DNA of 64,000 nucleotides from Octopus sinensis. Its lineage: Eukaryota. The stretch covers positions 36,580,001 through 36,644,000 of the forward strand of contig NC_043002.1 of NCBI RefSeq assembly GCF_006345805.1, in the 5' to 3' direction. Below are positions 28,108 to 41,290 of this stretch, one piece after another. Both the position numbers and the translations under genes were made by a program. Each line of letters starts with the position of its first letter. The stretch's first letter is position 1. Below the pieces are notes generated by a model. The model had not been told where the DNA came from. It saw only the letters and a list, made by a program, of their open reading frames with translations, and ran no database searches.

Positions 28108-28974
28108 TGAGGTGGTATCAAAATGTTCTTGGACTAGTTATGTTTAATAAAAAATAATTGATTTATCTAAGTTTTAACATCATCTCTTTCAAAATAGTCA
28201 TCTTGCACAGCAATACACCAGTCCCAGCATTCCTGCCACTTTTGGAATCCAGTGTAGAAGTCATTTTGTGTAAGCAAGTTGAGGACCTTCCGAGATTCAC
28301 TCTGGATCTCAACAACAGTGACCTTTGATCTGCATTTTCATCTTGGGGAAGAGATGGAAGTCTGCAGGTGCACAAGCAAAACCATGTTTTTGGTGAAAAC
28401 CTAACGAGTGAGGAAAGCTCAGTGACAGGGTGCATTGTTGTCACGAAGAAATCAATTCTTCATGCTCCACAGCCCCGGTCTCTTTTACCGAATGACCTAC
28501 CTCAAATGCTTCAAAACATTCCAGCAGAATTCTCTATTGATAGTCTGGCGCCCTGGGGGATGAATTTTTAATACACAATACCACATTTCTAGGGGTGACA
28601 CTCATGGCAGGTCTTGCAGATCTCTCATTGTCTTCTGCTTTTGAAGTGTTTGTGCCACTCGAAACATTGTGTATAACCCATTGCCTCATCGTTGTAAGCT
28701 TGCTGAGGCATGTTCAATGTCTCTGTAGCAGACTTCCCAAGTTTAATGCAAAATTTCACTTTGGCTCTTTGTTCCTGTCCATGACAAAATCACAGACTAC
28801 AGAATACATGTGATCACAAAAACACAAATTTCACAATTTGTGAAGTAAACCTAGTGATGTCACTCAGCACACTGCCTCACGAAGGTCAATGTGAACTCTC
28901 ATTGCGCATGCAACTGTATGCTGCCATCTGTTGATATGCTATAGAACAAGTCTAGAAACTTTTTTATATCATAT
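28108..28974 (-). mobile_element. Internally deleted mariner element
   Basis: N-terminus EQRAKVKFCIKLGKSATETLNMPQQAY..QCFEWHKHFK; C-terminal remnants DNNAP, ADFHLFPKMK, FQKWQECWDWCIAVQDDYFE; TA-flanked TIR tgaggtggtatcaaaa at left and a degenerate copy at right. Confidence 0.85.
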
Positions 28975-29256
28975 ACTAAATCAGAATGAGTCAACACCAT
29001 CATATAACAGTATAAATTTTTCTTTTTCATGGTTTGGTCTAGAGAAAGGGGCTTTGTCCAAGGCTGTTACAGGCCCTTTAAGCCCCAGTAAAGTGATGCA
29101 AGGTAATAACGGCAAGAAAGAACAGGTAGGAAGGGAATTCCTGAGATATGACAGTCTGTGGAAGGGAAAATTTGTTACAGGGTTAGCTTGGGGCTAGATT
29201 TTTATGTTAATATTTACAGTAAATTTCCATTGGTATTGAATGGTTGTCTTTAGAAG

Positions 29257-29292
<36 letters not shown>

Positions 29293-30111
29293 CCTTGGGC
29301 TTTGACTGAACAGCACAGCAACTGTTATAACAAGCTATTGAGGTAGCCCTCAGTCACTTAAGCAACAAGAAATGAGTTCCATCAAATCTAACCCTACTGC
29401 CTCATAAGAAATACACATTGGATATTATGGCCTTGGGTTCTCTGCCATATCTTTGCTTATGTCTATTTTATCAGGGTTGACCTGGTGGGGCTCAACAACA
29501 ACAGACACTGCCGCCAACCTTAAACCAATGCTGATCTTTAGAAAATAACAACAAACATCTCTCATCTGAGAGAGCCATTGGGCTCTTGGGTACTAACTTT
29601 TTTTTAAATAAACAAATAAAATAAAAGCTATTGTCTAAATGTGTTGACTTGCTAGGAATATCAAATGAATCCCTCAAACCACATCCTACAGTCTTATATA
29701 AAGTTGTCATCATCCTTATCTGTTCACCTTTTCTTGCTGACATGGAATATGGCTCAACCAATAAATGTTGGCTGCCTTATGGTTGATGTGAGAAACTTCA
29801 ATGGAAATGTGCAAATTTTCCTGCCAAACAATTTTGCTGAAGATTCTAGAGTGGGCAGATTACAACTATAAAAGTTGGCAAATTAAACTTCAGCTGAGGA
29901 AATCTATAACATTTGGTTTCTCCTCCTTTTTCACTTATGTAATGTGCTTATGTTGTACTTGTTAAAAGGCACCAACCTTAACTTGTAGCGATGAGTAATA
30001 TATTAATTATATCCAATAATTTAAACTCTTTCATATTATCCAGCAAGTTACATACAGAAGTTTCCTGTTATGTTAATTGAATATTGTTCCATTAATTTAT
30101 AACAATATTCA

Positions 30112-30524
30112 GATCTTTCTGGTTTGAACGGCAGTTTTTAACATAATTTCTAGGTAACTAAAAACTTTTAAACTTCGTATACTGGTAGAATGTGTTTATA
30201 AAACATCTTTTTCTCTTGGCTTTATTGAAAAAATTCTATAGTTTGTAAGATATTTGTTGTTTTTTCTTCAATTTCTGCAATTTCAACCAATCACTGACGT
30301 CTATTGAGGAAAAAAGCATTCTGTGCCGTATAAATCTGTCCCTCATTTAAGAAACAGATTGGTTTTATTTACATTTGTGAAGAAAAAAAGATACCCTTCC
30401 CCCCACCCCTAACCCTAACTCTAAGACAGATTGAAATGCAATAGATCGATACTAGGGTCATAATTATAGCTGACAATTTCATATGATACTGCTAGAAAAA
30501 ACTGCCGTTCAAACCGAAAAGATC
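30112..30524. mobile_element. MITE-like element with 28-bp TIRs and an internal (AACCCT)n motif
   Basis: gatctttctggtttgaacggcagttttt ... aaaaactgccgttcaaaccgaaaagatc (2 mismatches); ccctaaccctaactctaa near 30407-30424. Confidence 0.8.
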
Positions 30525-30635
30525 CCAATATTCTATATAAATGATGCGGGTGAATAAAATATTTGCAAACTCAATTAAATTTGAGTGTGGTCATTGTCTT
30601 CCAACAGAACCCATTATTGGATAACAAGCATTTAC

Positions 30636-30745
30636 CTTTGTAAAATAGTGGAAGTAAACTTTCCTTAAAAATGAAACTACACAGCGATAAACCGGAAGTG
30701 ATGTCAGCGACATCCTGTATTTTCCTGTAAACACTGTGACGTACG
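30636..30745 (-). promoter_or_regulatory. Candidate internal promoter / alternative first exon
   Basis: ETS motif ACCGGAAGTG (30691-30700), CRE-like GTGACGTA (30737-30744), a local CpG cluster, and a strong minus-strand donor ACAAAG|gtaaat at 30636/30635. Confidence 0.4.
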
Positions 30746-30977
30746 AATGTATTCAATACCTAAATATACTTATATGCAATATAATATGAAAATCGTATAT
30801 CTATATATATTTTTTTACATAAGATGAAAACAATCACATTTGCAGGAAAGCATAACGGTCATTGATGCATGAAATGAGATTCTTAATAGCTTTCTCGTTC
30901 TGTAAATTTGTTTCACCACATATGCTCTTGAACATATGATGTAAACATTTTATCATAAATCCCACATGGCTGTCAAA

Positions 30978-31458
30978 GTTTCTTCGGTTTGAACGGCAGT
31001 TTTTAACATAATTTCTAGGTAACTAAAAAATTTTGAACTTCGTATACTGGTAGAATGTGTTTATAAAACATCTTTTTCTCTTGGCTTTATTGAGAAAACT
31101 CTATAGTAAGATATTTGATGTTTTTTCTTCAATTTCTGCAATTTCAACCAATCACTGACGTCTATTGAAGTAAAAAATAACCCAGGATCTTTTCCTTTTG
31201 AACGCCAGTTTTCAACACAATTTCTAGTTAACTAAACACTTTTAAACTTCGTATATTGGTAGAATGTGTTTATAAAACATCATTTTTTCTTGGCTTTATA
31301 GAGAAAATTCTATAGTTTGTAAGATATTTCCATTTTAAAATCGAGCATTTCGGCAATTTTAACCAATCGCTGGAGTCCATTTGGGGTGGAAACATTCCAT
31401 GCTGTATGAATGTGTCCCTCGTTTAAGAAACAGATTGGGTTTATTTACATTTGCGAAG
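30978..31458 (+). mobile_element. Two further truncated tandem copies of the 30112 MITE
   Basis: Restarts at ~30978 (ggtttgaacggcagtttttaacataatttctagg) and ~31185 (gatcttttccttttgaacgccagtttt), colinear with 30112-30390. Confidence 0.8.
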
Positions 31459-31830
31459 AAAATTTTGGGGTAGGGGGCCAGTCGATTAGATCGATCCCAG
31501 TACGCAACTGGTACCTAATTTATCGACCCTGAAAGGATGAAAGGCAAAGTTGACCTTAGCGGAATTTGAACTCAGAACGTAAAGACAGACGAAATACCTA
31601 TTTCTTTACTACCGACAAGGGGCTAAACACAGAGAGGACAAACAAGGACAGACAAACGGATTAAGCTGGTTATATCGACCCCAGTGCGTAACTGGTAGTT
31701 ATTTAATCGACCCCGAAAGGATGAAAGGCAAAGTCGACCTCGGCGGAATTTGAACTCAGAACGTAAAGACAGACGAAATACCGCAAAGCATTTTGCCTGG
31801 CGTGCTAACATTTCTGCCAGCTCGCCGCCT
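31459..31830 (-). mobile_element. Dimeric family-A SINE
   Basis: A full monomer with the tail tttagccccttgt...aaagaaata is joined to a 5'-truncated second monomer. Confidence 0.9.
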
Positions 31831-33289
31831 TGTCAGCTTTGTCATTAGCTTCCTGTTTATCAGCTCCTGGTATAAGGAATGAAATCAGTCTCTTAGACAT
31901 TCTTGGAACTGTAACTCCTGGTTGATGATTACTGATGTCCGCCACTCCTTCTCTTATGCTTTACCAGCTCACCATGGTAAAATGCCTTCGAGTAGCTCTT
32001 ACTGTTACACTGTACCGTTTGAGTTTCATGCTTTGCACAAACTGCTGTATTGTATTTCTCTATGTAGTAATGATGGAGTGTAACTCCAGTATGATCCCAT
32101 CCAACCACACATAAGTTTGCTCCCTTTGACACTCACAAACTACCCTTACTGTGCTTCAGAGATTATGACAAGAGTCAACATCTGAGCCAATGTCCTTAGC
32201 TGTGATCTTTGTTTTATACTATCTCTTATATTTCTATACCAGACTACACACAGATGTGTCATGTGTCCTCCTCTTTACCCTCTTTCTCCTTTTTAACTTA
32301 AGAGGGAAAGCTCTGTCCTTTTAGACTATATTCCATACATTCATACATGTAGATAGAGCTTACCAATGTGCTGATGTACACACGTATGAAAAACTAGGTA
32401 AAAATATATTGGGACTGCTACTACTACTTCTAACACCACCATCAACAACAACCCCCTTAATATAACCACTACCACTGCCTTTACTACAATCTGTCTCTCA
32501 TACTACCACCACCACGATCATCATCCTTACTACTGTTACTACAGCCATTACCATCAATACTACTACTATTACTTCCACCTATGCTATTGCTATTAACACT
32601 AGCTATATTGCTGCTACCACCTAACCCATCACCACCACCACCACCACTAACAACAACAACAAAAGCAAGAAGGAATATCAAAAAGTATGGTTACCTAGTT
32701 AGGTAATTGTCATTCTAGAACTTGAAAACTTTCTTAGCAGTTAATCACAAGGAATTAAAAAAAATTTTATGAGATAATCACTTTAAATTAATACAGGGAA
32801 ATAATTAATGACCAAAATTTATTGTTGTTGTGATTGTGTTAATGATAATGATGATGAAAGGAGTGGCGTAGTGATAGCGTTCCTGGTGGTGGTGGAGGAG
32901 AAGGCAGGTTTGTTGTGTCAGTGTCATGGTAGTGTTGATGGTAGTGTTTATGAAGATGATGGTGTTGATGATAGTGTTGGTTATTATTATGGTGGTGGTG
33001 GTGGAAACGGTGTTAACTGTAAATGAGGCATAGCACGTAGTAATTATGGCTTTGGAACTTCTTGGATCAACTCTTACCTGAGGTTATGATTAAATAACAT
33101 ACAACTAAATGATGTCTTGTTAAAACATCTGGTAGAAGAGGGATGATAAGGAGATCAAAAGGATAAAAAAAATATAAATCAATAATATCAGATTGGAATT
33201 CAAAAAAAAAAAATAATGAGAAAATTAAAAACTAAAAAAAAATGGAAAACATGGAAACTGAAAATTTCCCCTGAGTGAGTGAGTGAGTG

Positions 33290-33520
<231 letters not shown>

Positions 33521-33720
33521 GAAGAGAAGGACAGATGAAAAGAGAGATGAAGAAAACCACATAGATGAAGGAAAGAGAGATGAATGAGAAGGACATAGAT
33601 GAAGAGAGACATAAATGAAAGGAGTGATGAAGAGGAAGACACAGATGAAGGCAGAGAAAGAGAGAGAGATGATGATGATGATGATGATAAGGATATCAAT
33701 GAAGTGAGAGGTTGTATATG

Positions 33721-33752
<32 letters not shown>

Positions 33753-34620
33753 TATTCTTGCTGCATTGCAATTTGTGTTTAATAAATGTCAACTACAAGC
33801 CAGTGCATATTTTTGCTACCACATTTTTGACCAAGTTTTGAGTTAAGAACTTGGTTTTTCTACATTTGTGGAAATATTTCTTAAGCAGAATCAGTGCAAC
33901 ACATTATGTGACAAGGCTGTACCTGTAAAGTACAGATACAACCCAGCTGATGGGCTTCTGTACAGTTTTTATTTATCTAATTTCACTTACAAAGTATGGA
34001 TTGATCTGATGCTATAGAAAAGGACATTTGCCTGAGATGGTGTTGAATGGGGTTGAACCTGGGACATTGTGATTGTGGAGAAAACTTTTTATCATCTGGC
34101 CATAGTGCACTAACAGACACACATGAATGTACATTCTTTTTACTATTATAATAATAAATCGAAGAGAACGTCATTACAAGGTCATGCAATATGTTAGAAA
34201 TAGCAGTTAAATCTCTCCCAACCTTATGATACTGAAATGCAGGAACACTCTAGATAATGTAGTCTTTAATACATAATATCAGAAAAGAGGAAATGATGTG
34301 ATGGTCACAGATGGAACACTTTTAATTATAGGTCTGCTTCAGCAGGGCTGATTTCAGTCTGGACAACCAAGATGATGATGATGATGGTGACAGGGATGAT
34401 AACAGCAATGACAACAAAACAGCAACAACTATTACAAGATCAGCAATGCTTTCCCTATGCTACTCCTGCATATATAACTCCTTCTAATTTCTCTGTTGTG
34501 CCACAAACTGCACCTAACTCCACATCAGTTACAATCCTGTCTTCAAACTGATTTCTTCAAATTTCTTCTTCCTCAGAATTTCTTACCAAGAATTTTAATA
34601 GAACAACGTAAATTAATTCT

Positions 34621-34921
34621 GTTGTGTCTGGGGAGGGTCATTTTTTTTTTTGTGCCTTATAATTTAACACACTCACTGGTAAAATTTCCCCTTATTTCTT
34701 ATTCTTATTTTCCTACAATTTTCGTTGCGTCTTGCAACCTTTTCAATAGTCTTCAAGACTATTGGAGAGGTTGCAAGATGCAACGAAAATTTTAGGAAAA
34801 TAAGGTTGCAAGACGCAACGAAAATTTTAGAAAAATAAAAATAAGAAATAAGTGGACGTTTTACCGGTGAGTGTGTTAAATTATAAGGCACAAAAAGAAA
34901 ATGACTCTCCCCAGACACAAC
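34621..34921. repeat. ~300-bp foldback (palindromic) element
   Basis: Left and right arms are reverse complements around aatagtctt-c-aagactatt; the right arm carries a ~35-bp direct duplication. Confidence 0.9.
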
Positions 34922-35119
34922 AGAATATGCTTCAACACACAAACTCATATAAAGAATCTTGCAAACCAAATCCAAAAACGAAATGTAAATTAAATCTTTT
35001 ATTATACTGACTTTCCTTAACCGTCTCACTATTAATACATAGTTTTTTTTACATATGGAATCTTTGCCTCTTATTTTCATTCTTGGACAAAAGCAAAAAT
35101 CAAATACTTTTATAAATTA

Positions 35120-35290
35120 CAGGTGTGAGTGTGTGGTTAATAAGCTTGCTTTGCAAACATGTGGTTTTGGATTCAGTCCCACAGTGCAGTATCTTGAGCA
35201 AGTGTCTTCTACTATAGCTCTAGGTCAACAATGCATTGTGAGCAAATTTGGTAGATGGAAACCATGTGGAAGACCATTGTGTGTCTGTGT
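35120..35290 (+). mobile_element. SINE family C (tRNA-like head), representative copy
   Basis: gtgtggttaataagcttgc...ggattcagtcccacagtgcag..cttgagcaagtgtcttctactatagc. Related copies lie at ~18140, 24375, 33950, 39560, 43785 and 46970. Confidence 0.75.
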
Positions 35291-36094
35291 GTGTGTTGTG
35301 TATGTTGCGTGTGTATGTTGTATGTGTTCTCTGCCTATCATCACTTACTCAACTAAACCCTTCAAGTTAGTGCTCCAGCATTGCCACAATCAAATGATTG
35401 AAACAAGTGGAAGATGAAAGGTAAATATTTGAGTGAATTGTTAGTTTTCAAAAGCTCTGTACTTAAAAAAAAAAAAAAAAAGAAGTTGGACTTGTAAGAT
35501 AAAAAAGAAACCTAGAAAATATCAAATATTAAATAATTAGACATTAACTAGAATTGTTATTGTAAAACTTGAAATGTTGATAAGAATCAACATCATCATC
35601 ATTAATTAATATCTGTTTTCCATGCTGGCATGGATTAGACAATTTGACTAGAACAGGTAAGCTGGAGGGCTGCACCAGGCTCCAATCTTTTGGCTTGGTT
35701 TCTACTGCTGGGTGCTCTTCCTGATGCCAACCATTCTACAGAGTAGAGTCCTTTACATGTCACCAACACAGGTACCTTTTATTTAAACCTTTCTCATAAA
35801 CATGGAAAGATTTTTTAGTTTAATGCTTTAAACAACATATTTTGTCTTAGTATAAACAAAAATTGTAGTATACTTGAAATCTTTATGTGACAGGTGTATT
35901 ATTATTAAAACCTCTTTGACTTTTTTACATTTAATTTTAAAAGAAAGGTGAGAGCTGAGAGGGATGTGCTGCCCCCACCCTCCATTATAGGCACAAGGCC
36001 TGGTTGGTGGGGAGAGAGGATAAATCGATTACATTGACCCTAGTGCTCAATTGGTACTTATTTCATTGACCACAGAAGAATGAAAAGCAAAGAT

Positions 36095-36380
36095 GGGTGA
36101 ATGCAGTGAGGGTAGCCTAAGTGAGCGGGATCTGTAGGCTGAGAAGTACGGTGGAGACAGGAGCACTTGCCAGGTTACTCAGGTGAATAGGGTGGCTCAG
36201 GATCTGTGAGGTTCATTAGTCGCCCCTGGATAGCATTTTCCCTACTATTGGGGATTTTGTTTGTTAAGATTTTTTTTGTAAATTGTTTTTATTGCTTGCA
36301 TGTTTCTATGTTAATCCTCACTGTCCTTTGTCTTAGTATTGTCCTAATTATTTTTGCAGCCCTTGTGGCCAATAAAAAAA
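36095..36380 (+). mobile_element. Probable 3' end/UTR of a LINE (L1/Tx1-like), decayed
   Basis: GC-richer segment followed by a U-rich tract and terminal gcccttgtggccAATAAA plus A-run. No intact ORF; clade assignment is inference. Confidence 0.4.
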
Positions 36381-36426
36381 ACAACGTTTTGTTGTTGTTA
36401 TTATTATCATTATCATTATTATTATT

Positions 36427-36640
36427 AAGGTGGTGAGCTGGGAGAATCGTTAGCACACTGGGCAAAATGCTTAGTGATATTTTGCCCTTTGTTACGTTCT
36501 GAGTTCAAATTCTGCCAAGGTCGACTTTGCCTTTCATCCTCTTGGGGTTGATAAATTAAGTACCAGTTGATCACTGGGGTTGATGTAATTGACTAGCCCT
36601 CTTCCCACAAATTTCAGGCCTTGTGCCTAAAGTAGACAGG

Positions 36641-36674
<34 letters not shown>

Positions 36675-37085
36675 GCAAGTTGGACAAAATGCCTAATGGC
36701 ATTTTGTCTGTCTTTGTGTTCTGAGTTCAAATTCCACCAGGGTTGACTTTGCCTTTCATCCTTTCAGGGTCGATGAAATAATTAACAGTCAAACACTGTA
36801 GTTGATGTAATCAACTAGACCGTTCCACTAAAATTTCAGGCATTGTGCTTATGTAGAAAGATTTATTAAAGACAGTGAGCTAGCAGAATCATTAGCATGC
36901 TGAACAAAACACTTAGCAGCATTTCATCTGTCTTTACATTCTGAGTTCAAATTCTGCCAAAGTTGACTTTGCTTTTCATTCTTCTGGGTCAATGAAATAA
37001 GAACCAGTTAAGCACTAGGGTCAATGTAATCGACTTATCCCTTCTCTTCCCACCAACCAGGCCTTGTGCCTATAATAGAATGGAT
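36427..37085 (+). mobile_element. Three tandem family-A SINEs
   Basis: Heads near 36427, 36675 and 36870; tails ccttgtgcct..tagaa.ggattattatt. Confidence 0.85.
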
Positions 37086-37670
37086 TATTATTATTAAATA
37101 CAAGAGTGAATAATTGTTATGTAGAAAACTAGAATTTAAAAATTTGAAAAGCCTGCTGCACTTGTCAGAAAATTAGCTGTACTGCAGAAATTCAGTCAGA
37201 GAAGTAAGTAAGTAAATTATGAGAAAAAAAAGAAAAAAATTCAATATGGAGCACAGGAGATTGTCAAAACTTAAGACTTTTGACAAGGAAGGAAGGAATT
37301 TAAAGAGCCAAATGTTTAAGATGAAATAATTGGTTAAGAAAAGAAGACCAAAAATATAGTAAAAAAAATAGAAGCAAATGAATGAAGCAAGAATTGAATC
37401 AATAGGACAGGAACATTCCAGGTAAAAATAATAATAATATCAAAGAGAAATAGCTTCATGGCTACAAAACTGCAAATGTAATATGATGAAATTGTTTTGA
37501 GCTGATGCCATTTATTGATAAAGACATACATGTGTATGAAAAAATTCTCATACAGGCAGGTAGATGCATATATGTGCATGTATATGACTATTTATTACTG
37601 AATATTTCTACATACATATATTTATTTATAAATATATATGCTTGCTTACACACACACACACACACACACC

Positions 37671-37772
<102 letters not shown>

Positions 37773-39323
37773 TATATATAATTAGAGATAATTTAATAGT
37801 TCTGTTCATAGAATTACAAATTTATGCACATATGCACACACATACCTGCACACACTCACACACAATCTCTCTCTCTCTTGCACACTCACACACATACCAA
37901 AATATTACACATGTATTTATGTAGTTTTGTATTTGGTCTGGTTTGGAATGTATATTTAAAAAAAAGACAGAAAATATAGAGAAGAATTATGAGAATATAA
38001 AAGAAAGCTTTGTTTGCATGACAAGCTACAAACAACATCAATGGGTTTTAAAATGCTTATAATTATATAAATATAATAAAATAGGTAATAGTAATAATAA
38101 TAATAATGATAATAAGAATAATGTTAACATGGCATAAAATTAAAGAATTGAATAAAAGAAAAGAATGAAGAAGAAAAAGAAGAAAATAATGGTAAAACAA
38201 AGAGGAAATCTGTATTATGGAAATAAAAACAGTAAAAAGTTTGGGAACAAAAGAAGCTTATTGCAGAGAGAGATAGCTTAGAAAAAGATAAATACTTTAG
38301 GGAGTGACTCTGCAGAATCAACTGAAATAAGAAAAGATTTAAAAAAAAAAAAATGATAAAACTGATGAGTTATTTGTGGAGCAGCAGGGATTATGTTGGG
38401 ATTAAAATGGTGGCTTTGAAAGGAATAGAAAATGACAAAGAAAAGAAATATAAAGAGATTTTTATGTAAGACATAGTTTACGATTTTATGAAAGAATAAT
38501 TCACTGATAGAACTTTAACTCTTTTTTTATTTTTATATCTATCTCATGGAAGAATCCCCATTTTTTACTATATTATTTCTCTACTCCAGTGGTTACATGA
38601 TGTAGCTCCTGGTCCTTCTTAGAGGATAGTAATTCCAAATAGGAATTGACTGGGACCATAACAACTTATCCTATCCATTTTAGCATAGGAAACAGATGTA
38701 ACTTGATGATGCAGAGGGGCTGGCATGGGACCACCAGTGATGGTGAGTACTGGTGAACCTGGTTTGTTCTATTGCATGGTGACACCTCTGGGACTTCTAA
38801 CTTGGAATGACCCCCATCCCCATTAAGCAAGAGCATGAAGCCAAGAAGCCAAGCAAATGTAAAACAATGAGGAATATGATGTTGCTGTAGTTGTTGTTGT
38901 TTCTGATTATGATAATGACAATGATGATGATGATGATGAGGATTAGCTCAGTAGAGCTAACTCTTTCGATGAAAAATAACAGGTAAAAGGTAGAATCAAA
39001 CTGGGGACCTCGACTAAATGCTTGTAAAAGAATAGACTTGGTAGAAAAGGTCCACGGGATCTAAGTGTGTATGTGTGTGTTAAATTGGAAGATGCATTAT
39101 ATGAGCCACACCCAAAATTAAATTATATAAAGGTTGGTATCACATAAAAAGCACCCAGTATACTCTGTGATGTGGTTGGTATTAGAAAGGACATCCATCC
39201 ACAGAAACAATGCCAAAACAGATATTGGAGCTTGGTGCAGTTCTCTGGCACGTCAGCTCCTGTCAAACCATCCAACCTATGCCAGAAAACAGATGTTAAA
39301 CAATAATGATGATGATGATAGTG

Positions 39324-39355
<32 letters not shown>

Positions 39356-40707
39356 GATGGAAATGTCTCTATTCTAAAATGGAAACAATTACAGTCTTCC
39401 TTGTGTTATTAATTAGTCTCTTTGATTGATAGCTCAGATGTTTATATTTCATTTATAGCTATCTTTTATGTATCTTTCTGTTTTCAAGAATAAAGAACTT
39501 TGATAAAATTATTTTAGCCTGAGGCAAAACTATTTTTTTCTGAGTACCTGAGTACTACACCTATGGCCATGTGGTTAAAATGTTTTTCTTTGAAATTACA
39601 TGACTTCAAGTTTGATCCAATTGTACAGCACCAAGAACATGTGTCTTTCTACTGCAACCTTGGGTTGATCAAAATTCGTGAGTGGAATTTGGTAGATGGA
39701 AACTGTATGGAAGCTTATAGAGGGAAAGACCATTTCTGTCTTTTGGAGATAGACATAATCTACCATCTTGTTCAATACCACCATCTGGCCACCCTTGGGT
39801 ACCTTTAGCAAAGTCCAATCTGTTGCAAACATCCAGACCAGGATTCCAGTTTGGGGATAATCTCAGCTTACTAATTTGGAAGGCCATGAAGCTTGTAAAG
39901 AGTCATGTATATTATCCTTCCTACTTTGCCTATTTCATGTAATCCTCCCACCAAAAGAAAGACCTCCTCCCACCACTGCTTGTCTTGCAAGAAGGATAAA
40001 TGAAAATAATACTTTAAATATTCTAAACAAAAATTAACTAAGACTGCTACACATTAAAATATATGCATATCAATAAAAATAAATGACTGAGGCTTGTTAT
40101 TTAATTAGTCAATATTTATTATGTATTTTTAAAAAATATGCTAATTTTTCTTAAAGATGCATACAAAATTGTATACTCTTTTTAAGATTGCTTTATCACT
40201 ACAAAAGCAAGTGCAGTGAAATTTGTGGTTCACTGATATGGTCTGATAAAGCCAAGTTATGTCTGGCATTATCTCCCACACTTTCCAAAATGATAAAAAT
40301 AATATTAGACATTGAAGCTAATGTTGACTGTTCTTCCCCACATAGTTATTTCTAATTAGATTTTTGATGTTTATTGCATGACAAATGTTAACAAGTAAAT
40401 TACAATATTTGGTCTGGGGGCATTGTCATTGTGAAATTGGTTGGAAAAAAAAACTGTTGATCTGATGTGTTAGAGGTTTATAATTAAAAGGAATGACTAT
40501 GAAAGAGGCAACCAATAAATAACTAAATAAACTAAATTTACTAGAGATGTGTATTGCTTACCAGAATATGTAAGAGACTGGGATAAAGTTATATGATGAT
40601 AGAGCAGTTACAGTTTTGTTTGACAGGTTGGAATTAATTTGTAGAAATACCTGATAGGAGGTGAAAAAATATATCTTTGAATGAACAGAAGTTATTATAT
40701 CCTGGGA

Positions 40708-41290
40708 GAAGGCAGCGAGCTGACAGAATCATTAGCACACTGGGTGAAATGCTTAGTGATATTTTGTCCATCACTACGTTCTGAGTTCAAATTCTGCTGA
40801 GGTTGACTTTACCTTTCATCCTTTCAGGGTCAATAAATTAAGTACCAGTTGTAGTGAACCCTGGTGGTCACCATTTTAGGGTGAAAATGTCAATTAAACA
40901 ACATACTGTAATTTAATGAGTATGAGAGAAAAAGGGGTCACCATCTTGTACGTAATAACAAGAAAATAGGAATTCATGAGATGTTTGTAATAAGTCATAA
41001 CATATTTATTACTGGAGGGTTCACTGTAATCAACTAGTCTTCTCCCCCCAAATTTGAGGCCTTGTGCCTCCAGTAGAAAGGATTATCATTGTGCCAGAAT
41101 CTTTGAAGCATTGAAAAAAGTGCTCTGCAGTATGTGTTCTGGCTCTTTCCCTGTTGATTTCAAATCACACCAAGGTTAACTTTGTCTTCTATGCTTTTGG
41201 GATTGATAAACTAAAGCACCAGTCAAGGACTGGGGTTGTTGGTTTCGACTATCCCATGCCCCTCAAAACTGCTAACCTTGTGCCTAAATC
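40708..41290 (+). mobile_element. Family-A SINE (MITE-interrupted) plus a decayed second copy
   Basis: aaggcagcgagctgacagaatcattagcac head; tail ggccttgtgcctccagtagaaaggatt at 41058-41085; second core at 41160-41290. Confidence 0.8.
40852..41026. mobile_element. Short Tc1-type MITE inserted into a SINE
   Basis: Ends tagtgaaccct / agggttcactg followed by TA; interrupts the SINE at 40708-41085. Confidence 0.55.

Noticed and set aside
30405-30425. CCCTAA repeats as an interstitial telomere
   Set aside because: Only 2-3 units, and they are part of the MITE interior.
31830-32300. GC-richer unique-looking stretch with a 67-aa ORF
   Set aside because: No consistent splice sites or motif; probably an old repeat.
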